64,000 nucleotides of DNA from Octopus bimaculoides (lineage: Eukaryota). The stretch is taken from NCBI RefSeq assembly GCF_001194135.2, contig NC_068983.1, positions 3,789,999-3,853,998 of the forward strand, read 5' to 3'. The notes under the pieces are model-generated. The model saw only the letters and a program-made list of their open reading frames with translations, made no database searches and was not told the DNA's origin. The translations under genes were made by a program, and so were the position numbers. Of the stretch, positions 40,801 to 48,024 are shown piece by piece; the stretch's first letter is position 1, and each line of letters starts with the position of its first letter.

Positions 40801-43800
40801 AGGGGTTAAACTATGGAAGAAGGGGCCAGAGCAGAACAGATGTCTTCTTGCTGTAGAGGAGCTACAGGGCTCGTTTAAGAAGAGTGGGAGTGACTGAGGT
40901 GGCGACAAGTTAATGGGAGCAGAAGAACCAGGAGTGTGGGTGAGGCTTGCAAGGGGGTACAAGAGAGTGAGAGAAATAATTGTAAAAAAATTGAAAATAT
41001 AGAAAAACCATAAGAATAATAATTAATATTTACCTGAGCAAAAGGAAAATTTACATTCTGATGGTAAGAAATCATCTTACAGGTAGAATTTTGGAGAGTT
41101 TCACAAGAACTAGCCATGTTCTTTCTCTTTCGAGATTCTGGAAAAGAATAATGGCAAAAGATGAATTTTTCATCATTATTTTCCTCCCCCCACCCCTGCT
41201 TACATAGGTTGGTTGGCTCTTGAAGCATCTTAGCGTCATTCTACATTGTTTATATTTGACAGATATTTGTCCTCATCTTGTTTCTTGTTAACACATCGTT
41301 TTGGCTGATATACTCTCCAGCCTTCTTCAGGTGTCTTGGGGAAATTTCCAACCTGGGTTCTCATTCCTAAGGTATTTTTCAATGTTATTATTATTTATGC
41401 TTGGAGATGAGAGGTTAAACTATGGAAGAGTTTGATTCCAGGCACTGACCTGAACAACAACATTGAAAAATACCTTAGGAATGAGAACCCAGGTTTGAAA
41501 TTCCCCCAAGATACCTGATGAAGGCTGGAGGGTATATCAGCCGAAACGTTAACAACAAACAAGATGAGGACAAANNNNNNNNNNGGGTATATCAGCCGAA
41601 ACGTTAACAACAAACAAGATGAGGACAAATATCTGTCAAATGTAAATAATGTACATAATTCCTCATTTCTTAAATATAGAACTGTATTATCATTCTTCAT
41701 CTTGTAAAACATACTTTGGTAGATGAAAACTGAAGGAAGTCCATGGGGCGCCTCGCTGTACTCAAGAAGACCCATCCACAATGTGGAGTGGTTGGCGTTA
41801 GGAAGAGCATCCAACTGTAGAAACCGTGTCAGAAGAGTTGATGGCCCCTGGCCTTACCAGCGCCGGTCAAACCCTTCAACCTATGTCACCATGGAAAAGG
41901 ACGTTAAATGAAGATGATAATATGTATGTGTGTTTTTGTGTCTGTCTCTCAGTACCACTTGACAACTGGTGTTTGTGTGTTCCGTCCCCGTAACTTAGCG
42001 GTTCTGCAAATGAGATCGATAGAATCAGTACTGGTCTTTAAAAAATGGGTTAACCTCCAGTGTTTGACCGGAGCAAAAAATAAAAAAATAAAAAAAGTCT
42101 AATATGTGTAAAACAACATGTAGTAAACAAATATGAAAAAACAAATGCGTGCTGGCGAACGGGAGTGGTGGGAGACGACTTGGAAAATTCACATCGGGAG
42201 TGTACCGAGTCCTCATCACTTCCCTGTTCGTCGGCGTAATTTTTTTTTTTTTTGCTTCATATTCGTTTACTACACATTATTTTACATCTAGTACACTATT
42301 TCTTTTTCAATTTTTGTGACGGGGGTGAGGTGGTGTGCGGACTCGGATAATTCACACGATCCAGTAACCCGAATTCGACACCCGGCCACCCCCACCCCAC
42401 CAAAAAGTGCAATAGGTGTAAAATAGTGTGTACTAAACGATTATGGAAGAAGAAAAATGCGCGTTGGCGAACAAGGCACGGGGTGAGTGAGGACAAGACT
42501 CGGAAAATCTCACACGATCAATCTCACAGAATCCGAAAACTCAACGTTAACCCGGTCACAAAAAGTGAAAANNNNNNNNNNNNNNNNNNNNNNNNNNNNN
42601 NNNNNNNNNNNNNNNNNNNNNNNNNNNNNNNNNNNNNNNNNNNNNNNNNNNNNNNNNNNNNNNNNNNNNNNNNNNNNNNNNNNNNNNNNNNNNNNNNNNN
42701 NNNNNNNNNNNNNNNNNNNNNNNNNNNNNNNNNNNNNNNNNNNNNNNNNNNNNNNNNNNNNNNNNNNNNNNNNNNNNNNNNNNNNNNNNNNNNNNNNNNN
42801 NNNNNNNNNNNNNNNNNNNNNNNNNNNNNNNNNNNNNNNNNNNNNNNNNNNNNNNNNNNNNNNNNNNNNNNNNNNNNNNNNNNNNNNNNNNNNNNNNNNN
42901 NNNNNNNNNNNNNNNNNNNNNNNNNNNNNNNNNNNNNNNNNNNNNNNNNNNNNNNNNNNNNNNNNNNNNNNNNNNNNNNNNNNNNNNNNNNNNNNNNNNN
43001 NNNNNNNNNNNNNNNNNNNNNNNNNNNNNNNNNNNNNNNNNNNNNNNNNNNNNNNNNNNNNNNNNNNNNNNNNNNNNNNNNNNNNNNNNNNNNNNNNNNN
43101 NNNNNNNNNNNNNNNNNNNNNNNNNNNNNNNNNNNNNNNNNNNNNNNNNNNNNNNNNNNNNNNNNNNNNNNNNNNNNNNNNNNNNNNNNNNNNNNNNNNN
43201 NNNNNNNNNNNNNNNNNNNNNNNNNNNNNNNNNNNNNNNNNNNNNNNNNNNNNNNNNNNNNNNNNNNNNNNNNNNNNNNNNNNNNNNNNNNNNNNNNNNN
43301 NNNNNNNNNNNNNNNNNNNNNNNNNNNNNNNNNTCCCACTGCACAGCATCTTGGGCAAATGAATTTTCCGAGTTCGTCAGCGCGCTTTTTTTCCATATTC
43401 GTTTACTACATGTCGTTTAACACCTATTACACATTTTTTTTTTTGTTTTGGCTCGGGTCAAACACTGGAAGTTAACCAAAAAATGTACAAAGACTGATTC
43501 AGGTCGACTAAAAATTCTTGACTGAAAAAAAAAACAAGGAAAGGATAAGAATGGCACAAGGGAAGTAACTCTGTATTAATAGAAACGAGAGAGACTCGGT
43601 TATTTGGAAGAGAGTCAAAAAATTGACCGCCCACTTTACCATGCTCGCATGGGTCAGACGGAGGTCGTTGACAGATTTTCGACGGTCAGATGCATTTCTT
43701 ATCGCCAACCTTCACCAGTTTCCAAGCAAGGAAATAATCTCCCTACAACCAACCAGACGTGCTTCACCGAAGAGGAAACAAGCAGCGATTCTATGATAAT

Positions 43801-45645
43801 GATGCCCGTTCACAACCATCGCTTGATTTCATCATTTTCCATTACGAAATAATTTACATTATTTTCTAAGATAACTGGCATGGCTGTGTGGTGAGTTTGC
43901 TTCCCAACCACATGGTCCTGGGTTCAGTCCCACTGATTGTTAATTATTACACGTCCTCTAGAGGCGGAGATAATGTTGATTATCGAAGAATTTATGTTGG
44001 AAAGTATTTAACAGACATTTGTCTATGTTGTTCAAAGAATGCCACTTGTGTTATTTCTCTTGGACCATTTTGGTTCAAATATTTAATAAAAGTGCAGATC
44101 ATCGACGTTTAACGTCTGTTTTCCATGCTGGCATGGGTTGGACGGTTTGACTGAGGACTGGCGAGCCAGAAGGCTGCACCAGGCTCCAATCTAATTTGGC
44201 AGAGTTTCTACAGCTGGATGCCCTTCCTAACGCCAACCACTCCGAAAGTGTAGTGGGTGCTTTTACGTGCTACCGGCACGAGGGCCAGTCAGGCGGTTCT
44301 GGCAACGACCACGCTCAAAAGGGGTTTTCTACGTGCTACCTGCACGGGAGGTAAGAAATTTGCCTTCCAAAGGCATGGTTCCTGGTTCAGTCTCACTGTG
44401 TGGCACCATGGGCAAGTGTCTTCTACTATAGCCGATCAAACAGTTCTTTCTTTTTTATGCCTGGTACATTTTAATTGCCCCCTTTTACCGAACTGCTAAG
44501 TTATGTGAACATAAGCACCAACACCAGTTATCAAACGGTGGTGGGGGACAAACACAAAAACCACGCCTTCGGATTTAACTATCCCCTGGTTGCTTAGATA
44601 CTTCAGACTACCCCTGAAATATTGAAGCAATCCTATCATTTACCTATATATATATATAACTGGTACTTTATTTCAACAAACACAGAAAGGACGAAGGGCA
44701 AGTTGGTCTAGGCGGTATTTGAATTCAGAACGTAAAGAGCTGGAAGGCTGCAGAGCATTTTGTCCGACGCGCAAAAGATTCTGCTGGTTCAGAAATGAAC
44801 AAAGCTTAAGAACAATAAAGTAATTCTACAAAAAAAAAAAAAAAAAAAATCAATAATGCTATTTTCGAAAAAAAAGAATTCTTTGCGCCCATGGTAGTAA
44901 CAGAAGTTTGACAAAGTGAAAGTGGTGCATTTTATTTAAGGGCGGTCCACTTAGCTATCCATTTCTACAGAATTTAGTCCTCTGTAGGCTACGGATAGGG
45001 ACCCACTCCAGAGACAAACCTACGCACTAGAGTTTATGACACAGAACCTGCGGCCCACGAAGGTATTTTGTGCGACTCGCAAAACCATTTTGTAAAAAAA
45101 ACTTGCTTTAATAAATAAATGAAAATTAACATAGTGACCCGCTTGGGTGGAAGTAAAGAATACATACACCACCCGTTTTCGGCGTAACCCTAACCCTAAC
45201 CACCAGGTGTGCGTATTCTTTACTTTCGCCCCGGCTTCTACCACAATCACATACTGAAAGCACACAATAGTATTTATTTATAAACTTTTTGTATTATATT
45301 TCCTTATATTGGTCTCCTTCGTGTCTTCATCAACCTTTTCTACTGTTTTTGTACGTTTCTTGATCATTCAAATTATATGGTAAACTTTGCGGCCCGCCTT
45401 GATTGATTGAATTCACGAGTTGGCCCTCTGGATGAAAAAGGTTGTGCACCTCTGGTTTACGTGGACCCTGAACATGCCAGAAACAGCAGACAATGTCTCT
45501 CAAATACGATATGACACTTTCACTTTTGAACGAGAAAATTAATGACAAAATACAAACTAATAAAATTATTAGAAAAAAAATAAATCATGAAATTAAACTT
45601 ACGTAGCATATTGTGTAAAGATGCCTCTTTGTAACTGATTGCCAT
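1448..45645 (-). CDS. FANCA: Fanconi anemia group A protein orthologue, 5' half (multi-exon; continues beyond left edge of window)
   Basis: Chain of GT-AG exons with continuous reading phase from 32241 down to 1448. Peptides such as [42 protein letters not shown] match recalled human FANCA [42 protein letters not shown]. Confidence 0.93.
1690..1910. repeat. Degenerate ~20-nt minisatellite (cacacctgtgcccccacacata)
   Basis: About 8-10 imperfect tandem units. Confidence 0.7.
2462..2602 (-). CDS. FANCA: FANCA exon (PLPATSDNSNSSTEKLPLEKLEAVLLQLEENVSQSESLPKNVFKTN), 141 nt, ~human exon 22
   Basis: tattattcag acceptor and GTATAT donor. PLEKLEAVLLQL resembles human PLGQLTAALGEL; phase fits. Confidence 0.85.
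2861..2937 (-). CDS. FANCA: FANCA exon (SGKLPGSHYQNYIAACQQLMMASVN), 77 nt, ~human exon 21
   Basis: tatctttag acceptor and GTCAGT donor. KLP..Y..Y..AC matches human KIP..Y..Y..AC. Confidence 0.9.
4231..4280 (-). CDS. FANCA: FANCA exon ([16 protein letters not shown]), 50 nt, ~human exon 20
   Basis: ccttcttttcag acceptor and GTGAGT donor. Matches human [16 protein letters not shown]. Confidence 0.93.
5487..6153. mobile_element. Cluster of tRNA-head/hammerhead-tail SINE-like elements: two minus tails, one inverted tail fragment, one plus full copy
   Basis: A box TGGTGTAGTGG and B box GTTCGATTCC at ~5958-6018. Same tail as the 46.6, 49.2 and 41.2 kb copies. Confidence 0.8.
6460..6520 (-). CDS. 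FANCA: FANCA exon ([20 protein letters not shown]), 61 nt, ~human exon 19
   Basis: ttccacag acceptor and GTAAGG donor. Strongest motif match to FANCA. Confidence 0.95.
8386..8474 (-). CDS. FANCA: FANCA exon (TSEDTENDVRAAVDSFATLDKIPANILQT), 89 nt, ~human exon 18
   Basis: tcttgtag acceptor and GTAAGT donor. DVRAAV..F...KIP matches human DVEKAI..F...NIP. Confidence 0.9.
9462..9518 (-). CDS. FANCA: FANCA exon (QSIFKSSSSCDYHSTAENQ), 57 nt, ~human exon 17
   Basis: tctcatttag acceptor and GTCAGT donor. Phase 0-0 fits; low sequence similarity. Confidence 0.72.
13380..14025 (+). mobile_element. 5'-truncated RTE LINE: ORF end, 3' UTR with ~65-nt VNTR, and (ATG)n tail
   Basis: KKTWHEMVKHNLLMLGLVEAMTSDRDLWRYAVLEKT followed by the repeat body seen many times in the window. 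Confidence 0.85.
15312..16190 (-). mobile_element. RTE RT fragment fused to RTE 3' UTR/VNTR tail
   Basis: RTPGRLFDLRSLQVKTKVKEDLVHDFL..MKYFSTACKNFGLTI is RTE/BovB-like RT; followed by 4-5 VNTR units and the tail. Confidence 0.8.
16780..17450. mobile_element. Tail-to-tail inverted pair of RTE-derived 3' UTR copies
   Basis: Plus copy ends ~17100 and minus copy starts ~17201; the tails are mutually complementary. Confidence 0.85.
19843..19938 (-). CDS. FANCA: FANCA exon (AHLMKAPFVPAQCSEVYSEYTTLVKTRLIDLK), 96 nt, ~human exon 16
   Basis: ttgctcag acceptor and GTAATT donor. KTRLIDLK matches human KTRLADLK. Confidence 0.93.
20255..20860 (+). mobile_element. RTE-derived 3' end copy with VNTR
   Basis: Same ORF end (gaccgagacctcttgaggtatgctgtg), VNTR and tail as 13380-14025. 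Confidence 0.8.
20955..21065 (-). CDS. FANCA: FANCA exon (LTFGSSNKSIANSQKSFTFLIKLLSDLVPVESAIHLK), 111 nt, ~human exon 15
   Basis: ttgttgcag acceptor and GTGAGT donor. LSDLVPVES matches human LSELVPFES. Confidence 0.93.
21347..21656 (+). mobile_element. 3' fragment of an R4/Dong-like RLE non-LTR retrotransposon, inserted in (TAA)n
   Basis: RYDRLAWEVKQL*LMKKVVVVPVIVGALRTVSRNLEKYMEQIGAAIRVEHLQKTALLGTTRILRMVL; TAA repeats on both sides. Confidence 0.8.
21688..21821 (-). CDS. FANCA: FANCA exon (SSVNEMLKQGLENLEVESSISALLFARQACFEGPHVFPSYPEWVE), 134 nt, ~human exon 14
   Basis: tttctttag acceptor and GTATGT donor. RQACFEGPHVFPSYPEW matches human RQAALEGPSAFLSYADW. Confidence 0.93.
22965..23106 (-). 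CDS. FANCA: FANCA exon (FFAVLDANAVLSVIQSLLEADDFNWCTLLSFTSTFLICFQTAPRLLK), 142 nt, ~human exon 13
   Basis: ctttttacag acceptor and GTAAGT donor. NWCTLLSF..LICF matches human HWQRVLSF..VVCF. Confidence 0.92.
26026..26102 (-). CDS. FANCA: FANCA exon (VSDAVKHQEQWTYSKLTPFRRAFFKQ), 77 nt, ~human exon 12
   Basis: tttag acceptor and GTATGT donor. Matches human ASDAVQMQREWSFART. Confidence 0.9.
28212..28358 (-). CDS. FANCA: FANCA 147-nt exon (FAKRETDSSIPLLPIELASKYHQIHLDSLQKMAVHQLNVLFRFKPDYT), ~human exons 10+11
   Basis: tctttctccag acceptor and GTATGA donor. Phase 1 to 1, open frame, joins both neighbours. Confidence 0.82.
28520..29065. mobile_element. AT-rich element with many (a)agttaac(t) subterminal motifs, probable non-autonomous DNA transposon
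   Basis: Repeated GTTAAC motifs; actgttaatc at both ends in inverted orientation. Confidence 0.4.
29235..29268 (-). CDS. FANCA: FANCA 34-nt exon (DSLNIFTLITQ), ~human exon 9
   Basis: ttcttacgcag acceptor and GTAAGG donor. Phase 0 to 1; same length as recalled human exon 9. Confidence 0.85.
29710..29783 (-). CDS. FANCA: FANCA exon (DISGILINQSFPVISTCQQTSILQQ), 74 nt, ~human exon 8
   Basis: ttctgtag acceptor and GTAAGA donor. Phase 1 to 0 fits both neighbours. Confidence 0.8.
31003..31109 (-). CDS. FANCA: FANCA exon (KVDKSYQCQLIANRILKLCISKNITLTDKRKSLLK), 107 nt, ~human exon 7
   Basis: atttcag acceptor and GTTTGT donor. Phase 2 to 1 fits both neighbours. Confidence 0.8.
31666..31742 (-). CDS. 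FANCA: FANCA exon (NSNLCLEIIWKLHCTNIMTFGTYLH), 77 nt, ~human exon 6
   Basis: tttcatag acceptor and GTAAGT donor. LEIIWKLH matches human LEAVWHLH. Confidence 0.88.
32152..32241 (-). CDS. FANCA: FANCA exon (VSLQVIIDVILSLKEQQFEMDFFHKYISAT), 90 nt, ~human exon 5
   Basis: tttcag acceptor, GTGAGT donor, phase 0-0, open frame. Confidence 0.8.
32873..32907 (-). CDS. FANCA: Candidate 35-nt FANCA micro-exon (PWTKASYPTSM)
   Basis: tcctcag acceptor and GTAAGT donor. Phase 1 to 0 bridges the 40190 exon and the 32241 exon. No recognisable homology. Confidence 0.35.
33888..34250. repeat. Compound (TA)n/(CA)n microsatellite
   Basis: Directly visible. Confidence 0.95.
36240..36570 (-). mobile_element. RTE ORF C-terminal fragment
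   Basis: RRLHWFGHVMRM..RGRPRKMWDE motif. Confidence 0.85.
38352..38671. mobile_element. hAT/Charlie-like MITE
   Basis: Ends CAGAGGTTGTCAAA / TTTGAGAGCATATG; 8-nt flanks gtctaggt / atctaggt. Confidence 0.55.
39173..39651. mobile_element. MULE-like MITE
   Basis: ~30-nt TIRs with core gttatctcacccccattaaaa; direct repeat cagtattgc at 39164-39172 and 39652-39660. Confidence 0.75.
40190..40300 (-). CDS. FANCA: Probable FANCA exon equivalent to part of human exon 4 (..CKSALKQQTLLLQSSSLLFKLMVESVA); 5' boundary uncertain
   Basis: GTAAGT donor at 40189. SALKQQ..MVESVA resembles human SALQDQ..MVASSVG. The acceptor is ambiguous and its phase does not join exon 2 directly. Confidence 0.55.
41034..41137 (-). 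CDS. FANCA: FANCA exon 2 (SRKRKNMASSCETLQNSTCKMISYHQNVNFPFAQ), 104 nt
   Basis: ttcttttccag acceptor and GTAAAT donor. Basic NLS-like RKRK; ETLQNSTCKMISYHQNVN resembles human QKLKESAVRLLRSHQDLN. Confidence 0.8.
41247..41680. mobile_element. Inverted pair of hammerhead-tail elements in FANCA intron 1 (contains a small gap)
   Basis: Minus-strand tail at 41247-41395 and plus-strand copy at ~41430-41680. Confidence 0.75.
42054..43471. mobile_element. piggyBac-like non-autonomous element with TTAA TSD (contains a ~760-N gap)
   Basis: TTAA at 42050-42053 and 43472-43475; TIRs cctccagtgtttgaccggagcaaaa / cttccagtgtttgacccgagccaaa. Confidence 0.75.
45030..45454. mobile_element. hAT-like MITE with an internal hairpin, in FANCA intron 1
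   Basis: Right end reads CAGAGGTGCACAACC in reverse; tgcggccc subterminal motifs at both ends; left TIR eroded. Confidence 0.45.
45603..45645 (-). CDS. FANCA: FANCA coding exon 1 (MAISYKEASLHNML-Q), 43 nt
   Basis: ATG in good context (aaaATGG) and a GTAAGT donor. Phase 1 joins exon 2 to give SLHNMLQSRKRK, similar to human AWAELLAGRVKREK. Confidence 0.75.
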
Positions 45646-45807
45646 TTTAGAACTAAAGGAAAATAAAATAGTTTCGTTCTGGAGAGAGAAACTCCCACGT
45701 CTTCCAAATTTCACAATCTAATCTATGTTAAAATTTCCCGCACTTTTTAAATAATAACAGGAATTGAAGTACCGGAAGTAGTATTCTGGGAGCAGGGTGA
45801 AACCAAC
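45646..45807. promoter_or_regulatory. Compact bidirectional promoter shared by FANCA and NDUFB9, with an E2F-type site (TTTCCCGC, 45734-45741) and an ETS site (ACCGGAAGT, 45771-45779)
   Basis: Divergent ATGs are 162 nt apart; both motifs match their consensus exactly. Confidence 0.75.
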
Positions 45808-45908
45808 ATGTCCTACTTGCAGACTCAAACTTTGTCCCACGCCCAGAAAGTGAGGCGATTGTACAAAAATGGCCTTCGTTTAATGCAATCTATGTATGGA
45901 ACTGATAG
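45808..45908 (+). CDS. NDUFB9: NADH:ubiquinone oxidoreductase subunit B9 (B22, LYRM3), exon 1 (MSYLQTQTLSHAQKVRRLYKNGLRLMQSMYGTDR)
   Basis: LSHAQKVRRLYK LYR-type motif matches LTHQQKVLRLYK; GTAAAT donor. Confidence 0.95.
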
Positions 45909-46604
45909 GTAAATATATTAGTATATCTGTAAACAATGCCTTTACGCCATTTATTGCTGTACAATTTAAATAATTTCACCTTTATTTCATGGAACCACCA
46001 AGGTCAGTGTTTGTCTTGTCTGTTTAATTCTTGTAACCTTCATTTAGTTTCTCTTTTCTCCTCCTTTATTTATGATATTTATATTATTTATATTCTATGC
46101 TGGGTATTTTCTAGCACCTGACATCACCTCACGTATTTAATTATGTAAGATAATTAAGAATAATGAAGCGTTAAGGTAAATCTGTGTGTTGTTTATATAA
46201 ACCGTGTTTACAAACTGATCGTCTTTTTCACCTTTCCTACAAATATCTAAAATGGTTTTATTCTAATTCTATAACAGGTTTATTAGTTTCTAGAATGGCA
46301 TCGAATTGAAAATTCTCTCATTAATTTCACTCGTTAAATGTTGTGTATTTTTTTTTGTTTTTTAAAGAGAGGTGCAAGAGTTGGTGATAATCGCCCTCGG
46401 GACTTGATGAAGGCACCTCAAAGTGGACATTCGACTTTCTAGAAACAACAGCTAAATCTCAAATCATACCTTCTGAACCCAGAACCATGTGGTTGAGAAG
46501 CAGACTTCTTACCACAAAACTACTCCTGCATCAAATATTTCTTATATTTTGAACAACTGCTTCAATCCATTTCTGAGATGAAACTACTGCAATAGGGCAA
46601 CTAT

Positions 46605-47190
46605 TTTGCTTATTTACAATGGATGGATCGGTGTCCTCATCTTGTTTGTTATTATCACAACGGTTCGGCTGATGTACTCTCCAGCCTTCATCAGGTGTTC
46701 TGGTGAAATTTCGAACCCAACCCTTTATTTGACTAATGGGGTACACTGTTCTCATTCCTAAGGTATGTGGATGATATTATTTTTCTGTTGATATTATTTT
46801 TCAAGTCCCTGCTTAGGGTTGAACTTAGAATCTGAGGGTTAGTAGCCTCCGCTCTTATCCAGTATTAAGATAAAATACTAGGTTTTGTAAGCCCTAAAAT
46901 TGACTCTATAATTTCCCATGGGCATATAGAGTAGTGGATAAGAGCGTGGACTACTAACCCTCAGATTCTGAGTTCAATCTAAGATAGGGACTTGAAAAAT
47001 AATATCAAAAGAAAATTGACATCAGCAACATACCTTAAGAATGAGAACAGAGTACCCCATTAGTCAAATAAAGGGTGCGGTTTGAAAATCCACCAGAACA
47101 CCTGATGAAGGCTGGAGAATACATCAGCTGAAACGTTGTGATAACAACAAACAAGATGCAGACACATATCCGTCCAATGTAAATAATTCC
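46605..47190. mobile_element. Head-to-head dimer of full tRNA-head/hammerhead-tail elements in NDUFB9 intron 1
   Basis: Inverted arms of ~260 nt (46605-46865 and 46930-47190) separated by a ~65-nt spacer. Confidence 0.85.
47096..47142 (+). ncRNA. Near-intact minimal hammerhead ribozyme copy in NDUFB9 intron 1
   Basis: AACAC-CUGAUGA-A-GGCUG[gagaauacau]CAGCU-GAAAC-GUU-GUGAU; stem I shortened to 3 bp. Confidence 0.6.
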
Positions 47191-47663
47191 TCATCCCCAA
47201 AATATAGAATAGAATTATTTTGCTATTTTCGTGATCATCATTATTTAACATGTTTTTCTTGCTGGAATGGGCGAACGATTTTCCAGGAGCTGGCAAGGTC
47301 ACAGGGCTTCACCAGGCTCCAGTTGTCTTATTTGGCATGGTGTCTACAGCTGAATGCCCTTCCTAATGCCAACCACATAATAGAGTGTACCAGGTGCTTT
47401 TTTACATGGTACCAGCACTGACAGGGGTCACCAGGTAACCTGCAAGACAAAGAAGACCCTTTGACTGGGAGGTGCAGAGTAGTATTGAGTGGGTGTGGCT
47501 TTGTGCCAGCTGAGAGATTTAGGGTATAAAAGGGACAGATATAGGTGCCTCACTATAGGGTTGATCCATGGGTACTCCAGTTGGAAAACAAAGGAGAATG
47601 AGTTATCTTTGTTTAACACTAATTAATGTTTTAAAACAGTTTATCTTTTGTTCTGTTTTCTAG

Positions 47664-47806
47664 GGTTGAAATGCGCTACTGGAGTGTCCTTCTGAGAGCT
47701 AAGTTTGATGAACATAAAGATGAAATTGACTTCAGGAAGTCGAAAGAACTTCTGATGGCTGGGGAACGAAAGTTATGGGAAAACCAACACCCTCAACCTT
47801 ATATGT
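47664..47806 (+). CDS. NDUFB9: NDUFB9 exon 2 (VEMRYWSVLLRAKFDEHKDEIDFRKSKELLMAGERKLWENQHPQPYM)
   Basis: ttttctag acceptor and GTAAGT donor; LRAKFDEHK and WENQHPQPY motifs. Confidence 0.96.
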
Positions 47807-48024
47807 GTAAGTATTGAACTGTGTGTGAGAGAGAGAGAGATGCAGGTGTGGTTGCGTGGTTAAAAAGCTTGCTTCCCAACTGTATAGTTTCAGGTTTTGT
47901 CCCGCTGCATGCCATCTTGGACAGCTGTTTTCTATTGTTTCGAGCTGACAAAGTCTTGGATAGGGTAGATGGCCAATTTAAAAAATAAGTCTATATTCTT
48001 GAAAAACTTATACAAAGGTTTAAT

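Noticed and set aside
41528-41625. Apparent tandem duplication of the hammerhead tail
   Set aside because: The identical sequence flanks a 10-N gap, so it is most likely an unmerged contig overlap.
45330-45548. Minus-strand ORF as the FANCA first exon, or TATDN1 as the divergent partner
   Set aside because: It lies in a MITE-like element and has no suitable donor; no TatD motifs occur on the minus strand, and the exon chain is FANCA.
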